IMG/VR virus record: IMGVR_UViG_3300032431_000004
Span: 1-64,000 of that record
Length of the DNA stretch: 64,000 nucleotides
Strand: one strand, 5' to 3'
DNA from: a virus
Every line of letters begins with the position of its first letter. The first letter of the stretch is position 1. Made by a program: the position numbers and the translations under genes. Shown here one piece after another: positions 29,290 through 39,419 of the stretch. The notes beneath the pieces are model-generated. The model was not told the DNA's origin and ran no database searches. It was given only the letters and a program-made list of their open reading frames with translations.

Positions 29290-30117
29290 CTACCGAGATC
29301 CGGTCAAGCTCCACTGGTGCCGTTGTGCGCCAGTTCCCCTGCGCTCTACCTTGCCTTCCCGTTGCAAAACTTTCAGAACCCTGTAGACATAGGTGTGTGA
29401 AAGTTTTACCTCACCTACGATTTTGTCAGACTGGGACTGTCCTGAGCTGAGAGCGTTCAGCACTTTTCGCTTTGCATCTTCTCCTACGTAGCCAGATTCT
29501 CCAATCGTTCTGGACTTCTTGACTGGCGAAGCGCTACTTGCCGATCGCATTCCCTGCGTTGGCTGAGCCACTGCCTGAGCCAGCATGAGCTTGGCCTTCT
29601 CAAGATCAATCTCTGCCAGTCTGACGTCCAGTTCCTTCAGTCTGACCTGATTGTCAACCAATGGCGGCTGAGGACTGGCTGTGGGCATCCACCCGGTCTT
29701 TGAATGAATAAGAGTTCGCAAACCAACCCCGCTGCTCAGTAAGAGCGATCGCTTTGCTTCCTTGGTTTGATCCTTTGGAGCGGCAAAGCAGGCGTAGTAG
29801 CTAATCATCGCTGAGCAGAAAACGTCAGGCAAGATTTCTGACCCATAAGGATCGGAGCTGTTTACTACTGGCAAAGCAATACCAGCAAAGCTTTTTAGGC
29901 ATTCTGGGAGGTCGTTGCTTATCGGGTCAGAAGATCGGATCTTTTGCACCCAGTAGCTAATCGAAGGCTGAGATTTACCTACAAAACGACCTAGGCCACG
30001 ATGGCTCATACCAGAACGACCGCTCAGCCGCTCGGTATAGTATTCAATCCCATCTTCCACAAACTTGATGAAATCGCCGCTCTCAGGTGCATTAAGCAAT
30101 TGGATTTGTGCAGACAT
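29290..30117 (-). CDS. Antirepressor-like protein with C-terminal winged HTH
   Basis: N-domain GIEYYT...SGMSHRGLGRFVG homologous to 45350-46120; C-terminal SQSDKIVGEVKLSHTYVYRVLKVL..EGKVER. Confidence 0.6.
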   Translation of the reverse strand: MSAQIQLLNAPESGDFIKFVEDGIEYYTERLSGRSGMSHRGLGRFVGKSQPSISYWVQKIRSSDPISNDLPECLKSFAGIALPVVNSSDPYGSEILPDVFCSAMISYYACFAAPKDQTKEAKRSLLLSSGVGLRTLIHSKTGWMPTASPQPPLVDNQVRLKELDVRLAEIDLEKAKLMLAQAVAQPTQGMRSASSASPVKKSRTIGESGYVGEDAKRKVLNALSSGQSQSDKIVGEVKLSHTYVYRVLKVLQREGKVERRGTGAQRHQWSLTGSR

Positions 30118-30178
30118 AGCTAAAACTTGGTAAGTGATGCTACTATCATAGCATGAAGTATTTACTTTGAGGTTACTC

Positions 30179-30319
30179 ATGACTACCAAAAAGCACGCGA
30201 TCGCAGCCTATCTAGACGAAAAGGAAGTTGAGTTCTTATGTGCGATCGCATTGGAGTGGGGATGCAGCATGTCTGCCGCCATCAAAAGGCTAATTAGAGA
30301 GAAGGCGAAGGAGGGTTGA
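30179..30319 (+). CDS. CopG/RHH-like small protein (46 aa, not in ORF track)
   Basis: Own translation MTTKKHAIAAYLDEKEVEFLCAIALEWGCSMSAAIKRLIRE; GAGG RBS. Confidence 0.55.
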   Translation: MTTKKHAIAAYLDEKEVEFLCAIALEWGCSMSAAIKRLIREKAKEG

Positions 30320-30340
30320 ATAGTCAGGCTGACTGACATC

Positions 30341-30455
30341 ATTTCAAAATCACAAAAGTCTGTGACGCTGTGACAACACAACTCTAGTGTATACATACCA
30401 ATACTTTAGGTGTGTTGCCAAACTAATGACAGTCATGTTGACACTGCCTGTTTTT
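30341..30455 (-). repeat. Dispersed element, half copy E5
   Basis: GTGACGCTGTGACA...TGTTGCCAAACTAATGACAGTCATGTTGACACTGCCTGTTTTT. Confidence 0.85.
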
Positions 30456-30460
30456 CACCT

Positions 30461-30500
30461 AAAAACCCCCTCAGAGAAACTGTTCTCTGAGGGGGTTTTT
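30461..30500. terminator. Bidirectional intrinsic terminator
   Basis: AAAAACCCCCTCAGAGAA-loop-TTCTCTGAGGGGGTTTTT. Confidence 0.8.
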
Positions 30501-30862
30501 GCGATCGCCCTTGGCATTAATCCAGTAATCGCGTTTCAGCAATTTCTACCCTTAGCCACTCTGATGGGTTCGGGTAGCTTGGGTGCTCAAGGTGCTTTGC
30601 TTTGCAGGCTCTCAGGTAGCTAGCGATCGCGCTTGTGGCACCTTCCTTCGTTTTGGCGATCGCTTGCCATGTTCCCCGATCAAGAGTGCTGCGCCCAAAC
30701 TGACACTCAGCTGACCATACTGATGTCTCTACCGGGCTAACCAAAGTCCAGTAGGCAAAGCTGTCAGACCAGCCTTCCTGAATCTCTACGGCTTCCTTGG
30801 AGAGCTTGCAGTCTTCCAATTTCGTGCTGACTTCCATTTTTCAGTATCCTTTCTAAATTGTA

Positions 30863-31441
30863 TTAGGCATAGTCATTGCAAAATTCCCCATTCCCGCTGG
30901 GATGCACGGCACACACAGTCAGCACATTTCCAATTTTTGCCCCAAAGAAGTAGTGGCAGTCATGGCAGATGGCAGGAATAGCAATGGAAGGAGGAGAAGA
31001 GGTAAAGGCAGCGGAAGGATTATATTTGACCGCACTTCCTCGAATTTTCTTATACGATACATAGCCGCGTGCCTGAATCGTCGTGTCCATGTAGGTCAAG
31101 ATCCTTCTAGCAATTTCAGCGATCACATATTTTGGCGATCCTTGAAGGTTCTCAAAAATGTCAAGATCTACGCAGTATTTAAATCCCACGGAACCATCTT
31201 CAGGATCTAGTCCAGGCTGGCGTGCCACGGCACTTAAGACAGCCGTTCTGGGACTCATTGAGTTGTAGACTTCTGACGAGCAGAAAGACCGAACTCTTAT
31301 CTCCCACTCCGTCCGAAGTCTTTTCATTTCACTCTGCACTTCTGCCGCAAGCTGGCTGCTTGACATCAAAGCCATTTGAATTGCCCTCCTAAATGTGTCT
31401 GCACTTCCTAGCATAGATGCTACCGCGATCGCACGTCCCAA
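30863..31441 (-). CDS. Accessory protein with C-terminal Cys/His domain
   Basis: ICHDCHYFFG...VCAVHPSG...CNDY. Confidence 0.55.
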   Translation of the reverse strand: MGRAIAVASMLGSADTFRRAIQMALMSSSQLAAEVQSEMKRLRTEWEIRVRSFCSSEVYNSMSPRTAVLSAVARQPGLDPEDGSVGFKYCVDLDIFENLQGSPKYVIAEIARRILTYMDTTIQARGYVSYKKIRGSAVKYNPSAAFTSSPPSIAIPAICHDCHYFFGAKIGNVLTVCAVHPSGNGEFCNDYA

Positions 31442-31748
31442 GCATTCATCTGCGAGTCAAGTGGAGCAAGCCTTTTGATTTCTGCGTTTTCAAAACGCAG
31501 AAATCAAAACCTAAAAGGTGGGCTTGTGTTACCACCTTTTAGGTTTTGGCGCTGAAACATAATCCCTGCAAAGGTTTGATTGCGATACCACACTGCCTAA
31601 ACTGCGCTCTAGTCGGTAGCGATCGCCATCTATAGCCCGCAATGCTATACACTTTACGCATATAGCCCTCCTTGGGGCTTGGAAGGGGCAAAACTCACCT
31701 AGCGGTTCAAGCATCGGGTGAGTTTTGTTTTGGCAACACAAATTTGTT

Positions 31749-33272
31749 TCAATACCCCCTCATGCCACTATCACCACCATAGCCGCCAGCGCCCACCCGC
31801 TTACCTGCACTCAGGAACTCTATGGGCGCGCCTTCTTGCAGAGAGGCATACCAGGCGAGGCAACAAGCGATCGCACTATCTCCATGCCGCTGTCCGCCGT
31901 CATTGCCCTTACTCCTGCCATCCTTTACCCGAGGGATGCCGCCGATCATTTGAATGTCACGATGATCTTGTAGCCAGTCAGCAGACTGAGGGATTGTAAT
32001 CTTCCTATCCTCTAGGGCAGCTTTATATTTTGGGAACCATTCCCCATAGAACTTTGCTGACAGGTGCAATTGGGCGATACGGCCTGTGCCATATTTCAGC
32101 ATTGCTGCCTCTGCCAGAAATCCTCCGTTACCGCCTGCGTCAAACGCGCCAAACATGAACCGAGGCAACCGATCGCATAACCATACCAAAATCTGCTTCT
32201 GTTGCTCAAAGGGCACGTTGCGCAGCTCTAGGGCGAACGGGCAAACCCTCACCAGATTGTCAGCTAATTGCAGCGGCATGAGTACCGTGAGGTCACCCGA
32301 TCGCCCAAAGTCTTCGCCTAAATACGATCGCCATTCAGGCTCCAGTCGGTGCAGGTATGGTGCTACTGAATCTTGTAGCCAGTCGTCTACATGCGCGATG
32401 CGATCGGCTTCACTCCATAGCGCAAAATCTGAATCCAGTGAAAGTTTCAAAACTGGGATGGCTTCATTCATGCACTGTTCAATCACTGCTCTGGGGATGT
32501 AGGTGCCTCCACTTCTAGCAGGGATGCAATCCAGCTCTTGTGAGGCGCGATCGGCATAGTTAGCATAGATACGCTCAACAAAGCTAACCTCGCTCTCTGA
32601 TGACCATGCGGTGCCACTGGAGAGGCAGATCCGTTGGTACAGGCCATCTGCGATCGCTTCCCTGAATGTGGTGAAATGCCTTGAGTATGGCAGCCTACCA
32701 GCTAGCACTTCTAGTTCCAACCGATAATAGTCGTTGTCCACTCCGTTATAGGTAGTTATGAGTCTCAGATCGCCACCCCAGATCTGAAGGGCTAGTGACG
32801 CCTCAACGACTAACGGAAGGATCCCTTCATCTAAGAACGCTGCTTCATCCACAATGATTCTGCCTTTGCGCCCACGGAGTTTCCTGGGTGTGCCCGCGAT
32901 CGCTTCTATTTCATGCCCGCTGTCAAAGTAAATGCGAAAAACTAGGATCGACTTTTCTTCATCACCCCGCCTGAACACTTCGTCCTTGGTTAGGAAAACT
33001 TCAGACTCAGAAATTTGCGACACAACTAGGTCATAAGCCCGCGCCCACGCTGCACAGTCTTTAATGAACTGCCTGGTAATGTCTTTGTCGTAACAGATGT
33101 AGGTTACGTTCATTCCACCCGCTGACTTAGAGCAAGCAGCAGTGAGGGCGGCGTCGGCGGCTTCAGTCCAGCTGATTCCTATCCGGCGCGGCTTGGTAAA
33201 CATTTTCACCTCAGAGCGATCGCTTAGCCAGCGATGCTGAGCAGGTAGGAATAGTGGTGGGCGACTAGCCAT
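31749..33272 (-). CDS. terL: Terminase large subunit (Mu gp28-like)
   Basis: KPRRIGISW, LRGRKGRIIVDEAAF, GEDFGRSGDL, HGDSAIA. Confidence 0.92.
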   Translation of the reverse strand: MASRPPLFLPAQHRWLSDRSEVKMFTKPRRIGISWTEAADAALTAACSKSAGGMNVTYICYDKDITRQFIKDCAAWARAYDLVVSQISESEVFLTKDEVFRRGDEEKSILVFRIYFDSGHEIEAIAGTPRKLRGRKGRIIVDEAAFLDEGILPLVVEASLALQIWGGDLRLITTYNGVDNDYYRLELEVLAGRLPYSRHFTTFREAIADGLYQRICLSSGTAWSSESEVSFVERIYANYADRASQELDCIPARSGGTYIPRAVIEQCMNEAIPVLKLSLDSDFALWSEADRIAHVDDWLQDSVAPYLHRLEPEWRSYLGEDFGRSGDLTVLMPLQLADNLVRVCPFALELRNVPFEQQKQILVWLCDRLPRFMFGAFDAGGNGGFLAEAAMLKYGTGRIAQLHLSAKFYGEWFPKYKAALEDRKITIPQSADWLQDHRDIQMIGGIPRVKDGRSKGNDGGQRHGDSAIACCLAWYASLQEGAPIEFLSAGKRVGAGGYGGDSGMRGY

Positions 33273-33281
33273 ACTATAGAG

Positions 33282-33587
33282 ATGTGTTGGAAGAGAGGGA
33301 CATTTTCAATGAGCAAGGCAATGAGATACCTGAAACAGATTGACAAAAAGCGATCTGCAAGCAGCGCTACGCTATCGCACCTAGGAAGGATGTCACCACC
33401 GACAGAACCCGTCCATGTGGCACCTGTCCTAATATCTACAACTAGATGGGCGGATACTCGTACTGATCCAGCGCAAGATCTCAGGGACGTTTGGCAAACA
33501 ATGAGAGAATATAATGCCGTCGCGGATTATCACAAGGCTCAAAAGATTCTTGAGTATATCGAAAAAAGATCTGCTCGCTCTAAGTAA
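33282..33587 (+). CDS. Hypothetical gene in opposite orientation between terS candidate and terL
   Basis: ORF fills the gap exactly. Confidence 0.4.
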   Translation: MCWKRGTFSMSKAMRYLKQIDKKRSASSATLSHLGRMSPPTEPVHVAPVLISTTRWADTRTDPAQDLRDVWQTMREYNAVADYHKAQKILEYIEKRSARSK

Positions 33588-34407
33588 CAATCTCCCAAAC
33601 CCTCCTCATAGTTTCATCACGGCTCTCCTGCCCCAGCCCGCGTGAATCGTCGCCACCCTCAGCCGATCGCATTTCCGGCTTTTCATCTTTGTCTATCTGC
33701 TTTTGTTTGAGCGCGTACGCCTGAAGCGCTTGGAGTCTGCGAGATTCGGCACCGATCAGACTCATGCGCGTGCGGGTAACTTCTAGAATCTCACTCATCA
33801 GTTCAGATTCAGGGCACCCAAGCGCGATCGCTTTTAGTAGGTCATTCGTTTTCTTGGCTACAGTAGCCATGTCCTTTTCCCGATATGCCTCAGACATCTC
33901 CTTACTAATTTGCCTCAGCCGTCCCCAGTGTTTAGCGCTAGGTTCTCCATCGTTCATTCGTTTTAAGAGGCTGCGAGAAAACGTATTCATTAGGGCAATG
34001 TCTCTCCGCATCCCTAGCAGCTCACCATCTGCGATCGCGTCTTCATACCCTGGCTGCATGGCACCGGGCAGAGCGTCGGTATAGTGCCCTTCATGAATCA
34101 TTCCCGGTGGGCGGTGCAAATCTTGCGCGATCGCTTCTATCGCACCCATTGACAAACTTGGGATAGAATTTGCCAGCACTATAGGCGGAGGCGGCAGCGG
34201 TGGCGAAACATGTTTTACTGGTTTCGGCTCACGCGCTTTTAGTGTTTTAGATTGATCCTCTATCCATTTAGCTTTGCCAGCTACAACCCTAAGCCTAGAG
34301 TAGGATGGAGCGTTTTCGTCACCAGTTTCCTCACGGCTTAAATCTTTAAGCTCAACCTTATTATTGATGAAAAAACGGTACAAAGAAGCCCAGTCTATTT
34401 CAGCCAT
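33580..34407 (-). CDS. Putative terminase small subunit
   Basis: Position upstream of terL, helical; preceded by the GGYTATTCT motif. Confidence 0.5.
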   Translation of the reverse strand: MAEIDWASLYRFFINNKVELKDLSREETGDENAPSYSRLRVVAGKAKWIEDQSKTLKAREPKPVKHVSPPLPPPPIVLANSIPSLSMGAIEAIAQDLHRPPGMIHEGHYTDALPGAMQPGYEDAIADGELLGMRRDIALMNTFSRSLLKRMNDGEPSAKHWGRLRQISKEMSEAYREKDMATVAKKTNDLLKAIALGCPESELMSEILEVTRTRMSLIGAESRRLQALQAYALKQKQIDKDEKPEMRSAEGGDDSRGLGQESRDETMRRVWEIVT

Positions 34408-35038
34408 GTTTCGCACTTAAAACACGAAACCAGAATAACCGAAACACGAAAAGATGCCTAAAACACGATCGCCGCCTTCAGTCCATAGGCGGCGATCGTC
34501 AATTTATTCTATGGGCGATCGCTAGTCTTCCTTTTCAAAAGGTTCAACCTCCAAAATATATAGCGGATACTCTAGCCACCCAAAAGATAAGGACGGCTGC
34601 AATGTCACTATAAGAATTTTCAGTGCGTCCCATAGGGTAGCTGGCCTTACCTTGAACTGTGGCTCCGCGCAGACAATGTTGCAAGATTTATCACTTTTCA
34701 CTTTTTCCAAAAGCTCTTCCATTTTTTCTTTTTCAAAGCTGGCGCGATCGCCTTCCCCGTTGCTATGTCTGCTGGCTAGGTATTCTAACTCGTGTTTTTC
34801 TTGGATGGCTCGTACATCCGCCTCGCTCCTCAGTAGTGATGCATAGCCTAGGAAAGTTTGCCTTATTGCTCTGTTAGCGTCCTTTGAGGTTACAAAACTG
34901 TCAGACCAATCAAAAGTACCCATAGGAAATCTCCGCTTTTTTCAATTGTCGCATGCAGCGCTCCGCTATCGCCTATAGGGGAGTAGCACATTTTTTTAGA
35001 TTTGGGCTATTCTATGCGCAACTGTTTGATGAGAAACT

Positions 35039-36187
35039 GTGAAACCGATCCCCATCCTTGCCATTGGCACTCGATTTGCAAATAACGGCATCAGCTACAA
35101 ATTCTCTCAGGAGGATTTGGAAGCGATCGCCGCATCGTTCAACGCGTCAAAGCCAAAGGTTCCGTTTGTCGCTGGTCATGCTAGCGATGAGCCGGGGTTT
35201 GGGCAGCCTGACGAGTTGGCGGTGAAGGATGGGGTTTTACATGCCACTCAGTATCAGGTGAACCCGGTCTTTAGGGCGATCGTCAATACTGGCGAATTGT
35301 CTGGGGTATCGGTGAAGGTTCGCACCCCTAGCCACCCTGACAATAAAACGGGAACCTATGAGCTAAAACACATTGCCTTTTTAGGCCGGACTGAGGCGGC
35401 TGATCCTAGCTTGGTTGCTGCATTTTCCCGTGAAGCGATCGACCTAGCGCAGCCTGAAGAGATTGAGTTCTCATCGTTTTTAGATTTGAATGATCGACCG
35501 ATTTTAGAGGCACCTACAGAGGCAAGCATGACTACAGACATTAAGACTGAGTCGATCGCACCAGTAGCCACCCCGGCTGCCACTCCTACAGAGGCATCCC
35601 CTCAGATGAATGAATTATTGGAAAAGTTGCAGGCTTTAAGCGGGCGACTATCGGTAACTGAATTTGCACAGTTTATGGAAACTGTGAAACCTCCAGCTCC
35701 GGTTTCAGTTCCGGCCCCGATTCCAGAAACTCCTATCGTTGCCCCTGTCGATACGTCTGCCTTAGACGCGATGAGACTGGAATTAGACGCGGCAAATATC
35801 GCGTTATCAGATCTACGGACTAAGGATGCTGCCTTTAGCCGTGCGCAGGCAGTGAGGCCAACAATGGACAAGTTGGTAGAGCGGGGCTATGGCGGCGAGG
35901 TAGCTGGCCTTACTGCCATGTTCTCGGCGATGACAGACGATCAAGAGATTGCATTCTCTAGCCCCGCTGGCGAAGTGAAGGCGTCACAGACTGAGCTGCT
36001 AAAGGCTTTTCTTGAGCGATTGCCGTCGCGCATCACGCTTGGTGGTGAGGTGGCAGGTGGTGAGGTTGCTGAATTCTCCAAGATGAGTCCAGCAGATATC
36101 TCTAAGGCGATCGACAAATACCGTGAGAAGAATCCTACGGCCAGTCCAGGGGAAGCCCTTTCAGCTCTACGAAAAGGAGGCATGTAA
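35039..36187 (+). CDS. Mu gpI-like prohead protease / scaffold
   Basis: VPFVAGH, VSVK, LKHIAFLG; coiled-coil C-terminal scaffold. Confidence 0.8.
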   Translation: MKPIPILAIGTRFANNGISYKFSQEDLEAIAASFNASKPKVPFVAGHASDEPGFGQPDELAVKDGVLHATQYQVNPVFRAIVNTGELSGVSVKVRTPSHPDNKTGTYELKHIAFLGRTEAADPSLVAAFSREAIDLAQPEEIEFSSFLDLNDRPILEAPTEASMTTDIKTESIAPVATPAATPTEASPQMNELLEKLQALSGRLSVTEFAQFMETVKPPAPVSVPAPIPETPIVAPVDTSALDAMRLELDAANIALSDLRTKDAAFSRAQAVRPTMDKLVERGYGGEVAGLTAMFSAMTDDQEIAFSSPAGEVKASQTELLKAFLERLPSRITLGGEVAGGEVAEFSKMSPADISKAIDKYREKNPTASPGEALSALRKGGM

Positions 36188-36553
36188 ATGTCAAAACGCA
36201 ATTACGAATTGGTAAAAGCCTACGCACCGGGCGCGGCTTTTGGCAGATATTTGATCATGAAATTTTCAGCACCAAATACTGTAGTCGTTGGGGCGGCTGC
36301 TACCGATATCCTGATCGGCGTCTCAACTGATATTGACACGGCAGCAACCGATGTTGTTGGCGATGTCGTTCGTGACGGCATTGCTCCCGTATTTTATGGC
36401 GGCACTGTTGCTGTGGGCGATCGCCTGACATCAAACGGAGTGGGAAGGGCGATCGCTACCGTTACAGCAGGTAATTTTTTCATTGGCATTGCTGAGGTGG
36501 CTGGTGTCACTGGCGATATTGGTTCTGTCAAGATCGCATCTGGCTACGTTTAA
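36188..36553 (+). CDS. Capsid decoration/cement protein (DUF2190-like)
   Basis: GIAPVFYGGTVAVGDRLTSNGVGRAI; lies between protease and capsid. Confidence 0.75.
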   Translation: MSKRNYELVKAYAPGAAFGRYLIMKFSAPNTVVVGAAATDILIGVSTDIDTAATDVVGDVVRDGIAPVFYGGTVAVGDRLTSNGVGRAIATVTAGNFFIGIAEVAGVTGDIGSVKIASGYV

Positions 36554-36639
36554 GCACTGTTGGAACGCCCTAGGTTAGCCCCCAAGGTTTGTCCCAGACA
36601 GCTATTGCAGCTCATCTGTTCAAAACTAAGGGTTCCAAA

Positions 36640-37599
36640 ATGCCTCTCTCTGCCTATCCAATTGATCCGCAGCTCACTGGACTGTTGATCAGCCACATGA
36701 ATATGCCGACTGATTACATTGCAAATACGATCGCGCCTTACCGCCCGGTGGCAGCGCGATTGTTTGAATGGGATCAGTTCAACATTGATGAAATGTTTAC
36801 ACCCCAGGGCGGCGCTGTTGGGCGGCTGTCTAAAACTGATGACGTAACTTTTGGAGCAACTCGACTCACGTCATCAACGGCAAATTACGCGCTTAGCTCT
36901 CCTGTACCGTTTGAAGATATCAACAGTCAAGATGTTGGTGTCGGCTACGACGTTTTGAGCCGACACACTGAAGGACTGTCAGCATTGATCCAATTGGATC
37001 GAGAGGTTCGTGTAGCTGCAAGGGTTCAGAACCTCGCTACCTATCCAGCGTCACAGCGGGTCACTCTGTCGGGTACATCTCAGTGGAGTGACTACACTAA
37101 CAGCGATCCACTGACCAGTATGCTGACAGCGCTTGACATCCCTCTGCTTCGGCCTAACACGATGATAATGTCACAGTCTACGTGGACAATCCTACGCAGA
37201 CATCCAAGACTGGTACAAGCGTCTAAGCCAGCGTCGGTGTCGGGTCAGGGCACTATTTCTCTTGCTGAGCTAGCAGAGGTTCTTGAGATTGATCAAATAC
37301 TTCTTGGCAAGGCACGGAGAAACACTGCTAAGCCTGGACAGCCCGCAGTGATGGGGCGTCTATGGGGTAAAGGTGTAGCTGCTGTCTACATCAACCCAGC
37401 GGCACAGCTGCAAGGTGTAGCTACCGAACCGACATTCATGCTGACGCCTCGGTTTGGGACTCCAGTAACGAATCAAGAGCCTGTCGCTCCTGGGCAGATG
37501 GGCATGTACGGCGGCATTCGGGTAACGGCTGGCGAATCGGTTGCTGAGCTGGTTCAGTCCACTCAGGGCGCTTACTACTGGGAGGCAGCAGTCGCCTAA
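36640..37599 (+). CDS. Major capsid protein
   Basis: DPQLTGL..., IQLDREVRVA, QWSDYTNSDP, RPNTMIM; synteny. Confidence 0.85.
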   Translation: MPLSAYPIDPQLTGLLISHMNMPTDYIANTIAPYRPVAARLFEWDQFNIDEMFTPQGGAVGRLSKTDDVTFGATRLTSSTANYALSSPVPFEDINSQDVGVGYDVLSRHTEGLSALIQLDREVRVAARVQNLATYPASQRVTLSGTSQWSDYTNSDPLTSMLTALDIPLLRPNTMIMSQSTWTILRRHPRLVQASKPASVSGQGTISLAELAEVLEIDQILLGKARRNTAKPGQPAVMGRLWGKGVAAVYINPAAQLQGVATEPTFMLTPRFGTPVTNQEPVAPGQMGMYGGIRVTAGESVAELVQSTQGAYYWEAAVA

Positions 37600-37814
37600 T
37601 GAAATTCATTCTCGCTGACAGTCTGGAGCGCGATCAAATCCTTTACTCCCCTGGCGAGTTCATTGAACTAGATGAGGAGAAGGATAAAAGCGCGATCGCA
37701 TCTTTCAAAGCGCTTGGGGTGATTAAAGACCTTCCGCAGGCACCGGAGATCAAAACCGCCAAAAATGCCACCAAGCCGACTCCCGAAGTTCTGCCCAAGC
37801 CAGCAGCTAAATAA
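37599..37814 (+). CDS. Small head-associated protein
   Basis: YSPGEFIEL motif; position after capsid gene. Confidence 0.6.
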   Translation: MKFILADSLERDQILYSPGEFIELDEEKDKSAIASFKALGVIKDLPQAPEIKTAKNATKPTPEVLPKPAAK

Positions 37815-38239
37815 TGATTTACGCCACCGTAACCGACATGACAACAGCGTTTGGGTTCGACGAAATCCTCGAACTCAGCACCCTTGATGACGCGGCAGCT
37901 CAATCTATTGACGCTGCTGTAATCGAAGGTGCGATCGCTGATGCTAGCGGGCTAATCAATGGCTACCTACAAGGGAGGTATACGTTGCCGCTGCTGGTTA
38001 TTCCTGCCATGTTACGGCGCATCTGCTGTGATATTGCCCGGTACTATCTCCATCGGATTGCACCGTCTGAGGACGTTTTAGAACGGTATAAAAGCGCTCT
38101 AAAACTGCTGAGTGAAATCGGCACCGGGCGGGTTGATCTAGGGCTAGCGGTTGCGGACTCACCAGCTGCGGTGGGTGGTCTGCCCATCTTTGTCGCTGGC
38201 GATCGCATTTTTACTGCTGCTAATTTGCAGAGATATTGA
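37814..38239 (+). CDS. Mu gp36-like head-tail adaptor (DUF1320)
   Basis: YATVTDM, AIADASGLINGYLQGRY.LPL, CCDIARYYL. Confidence 0.9.
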   Translation: MIYATVTDMTTAFGFDEILELSTLDDAAAQSIDAAVIEGAIADASGLINGYLQGRYTLPLLVIPAMLRRICCDIARYYLHRIAPSEDVLERYKSALKLLSEIGTGRVDLGLAVADSPAAVGGLPIFVAGDRIFTAANLQRY

Positions 38240-38679
38240 TGACTGAGTTTGATCCGGTAGAACAACTAATCATTGAACGGTTGCTCAGTGAAATGGGCAC
38301 CGATTTTAATGTGATGTCGTTCACCTATGATCTTTCAGCTGTGGCTAAACCAGTTGCTCGGGCAACCATTTTGATTGGGCATAAAGGCGATCGGCTAGCG
38401 GCACCGAATCGGCTTGACCCGTTACCACGGGCGATCGCGCAGCAACGGGTGGTGAGTTATGAAACCATCATTCGGTTTCAGGATTTACGCACTAATCTGC
38501 GCGTCAAGCCATTCGCCGATCGCATCCAAAATGCACTGACAGGCTTCTCGCCTTCCCCACCGCCTGCAACATTCATGTATCAGGTGCAGGGCGGGTTTGT
38601 ACCTGTTTCAGATGGGCTGCTACTCTATGCCCAGATCTTTGAATTCTCGTCTCCCTATCAACAATTGAAGGCTATCTAA
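38236..38679 (+). CDS. Tail terminator / Mu gp37-like neck protein
   Basis: Synteny; IQNALTGF.P. Confidence 0.55.
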   Translation: MMTEFDPVEQLIIERLLSEMGTDFNVMSFTYDLSAVAKPVARATILIGHKGDRLAAPNRLDPLPRAIAQQRVVSYETIIRFQDLRTNLRVKPFADRIQNALTGFSPSPPPATFMYQVQGGFVPVSDGLLLYAQIFEFSSPYQQLKAI

Positions 38680-39419
38680 TGGCATTACTTTATGGGATTG
38701 GATCTTTCGACTTTCTCACTCTTGGCCTTACGCCAGAACGCTTGCTACCAGTTGAGCCGATGGAGTTTACGTTGGCGGGTGAAAGCACTAGCAAAACCTC
38801 CACTAAATTCAAAGATGGCATCTTGGTAACTGCGGGAACGGCTCAGGCTGGAGAGACTTTTACTCTGACGATTGGGATTGAGGCGGTGAACTGGCTATCG
38901 TTGCAATTTGCTTATGGTGAACTTGCAGGCACTACCGCTAGCATCGCACTGCCAACCCTCAAGTATGCTACGATTCCCGCCCTAACCCCGTTTGAGATTA
39001 TTGATACGGATCTGACGTCCTTGATTGTTTACGCAACGAACTTGGCAAGTGGAATCCCACTGACTCGTGTTGTTGGAGTACCTGCGGCGTCAGGAGAATT
39101 CCAAGTAGTGACGGGCACAACTAGATTAATCTTCCACTCTTCTGACGCTGGAAAAGCGATCGCGTATCGTACGTTCAAAGCGTATACGAATGTTTCAACC
39201 ATCGGGGTTGAGGCAGTTGCTACAACCCTGTCAAATTTCCAATTCAGCGGAGTTTGCTACAACGACGAAGAAAAATACGAGCTGGTCATCCCCAGAATGG
39301 GGAAAACGAACATCCCTTCGCTGGGCATTTCTGATGTTACGAAATTGGACGTTGAATTCCAGCTGGCGCTAACGGGTTCTAACCGTAAAGTATTCCAGCT
39401 GATCAAGCTACCTGCCTAA
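38679..39419 (+). CDS. Tail tube (major tail) protein
   Basis: Synteny, beta-rich composition; no sheath gene present. Confidence 0.65.
   Translation: MALLYGIGSFDFLTLGLTPERLLPVEPMEFTLAGESTSKTSTKFKDGILVTAGTAQAGETFTLTIGIEAVNWLSLQFAYGELAGTTASIALPTLKYATIPALTPFEIIDTDLTSLIVYATNLASGIPLTRVVGVPAASGEFQVVTGTTRLIFHSSDAGKAIAYRTFKAYTNVSTIGVEAVATTLSNFQFSGVCYNDEEKYELVIPRMGKTNIPSLGISDVTKLDVEFQLALTGSNRKVFQLIKLPA

Noticed and set aside
23085-30623. ORFs 23085-23288, 28914-29120, 29259-29450, 30387-30623 and the MTVMLT extension of 28712-29017
   Set aside because: They are translations of the non-coding repeat arms (recurring MTVMLT and CCQKYDS strings); likewise 46425-46726 and 57392-57595.
24105-38679. Transposable Mu-like phage
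   Set aside because: Head genes are Mu-like, but no MuA/MuB is in the window and a primase/helicase module is present.
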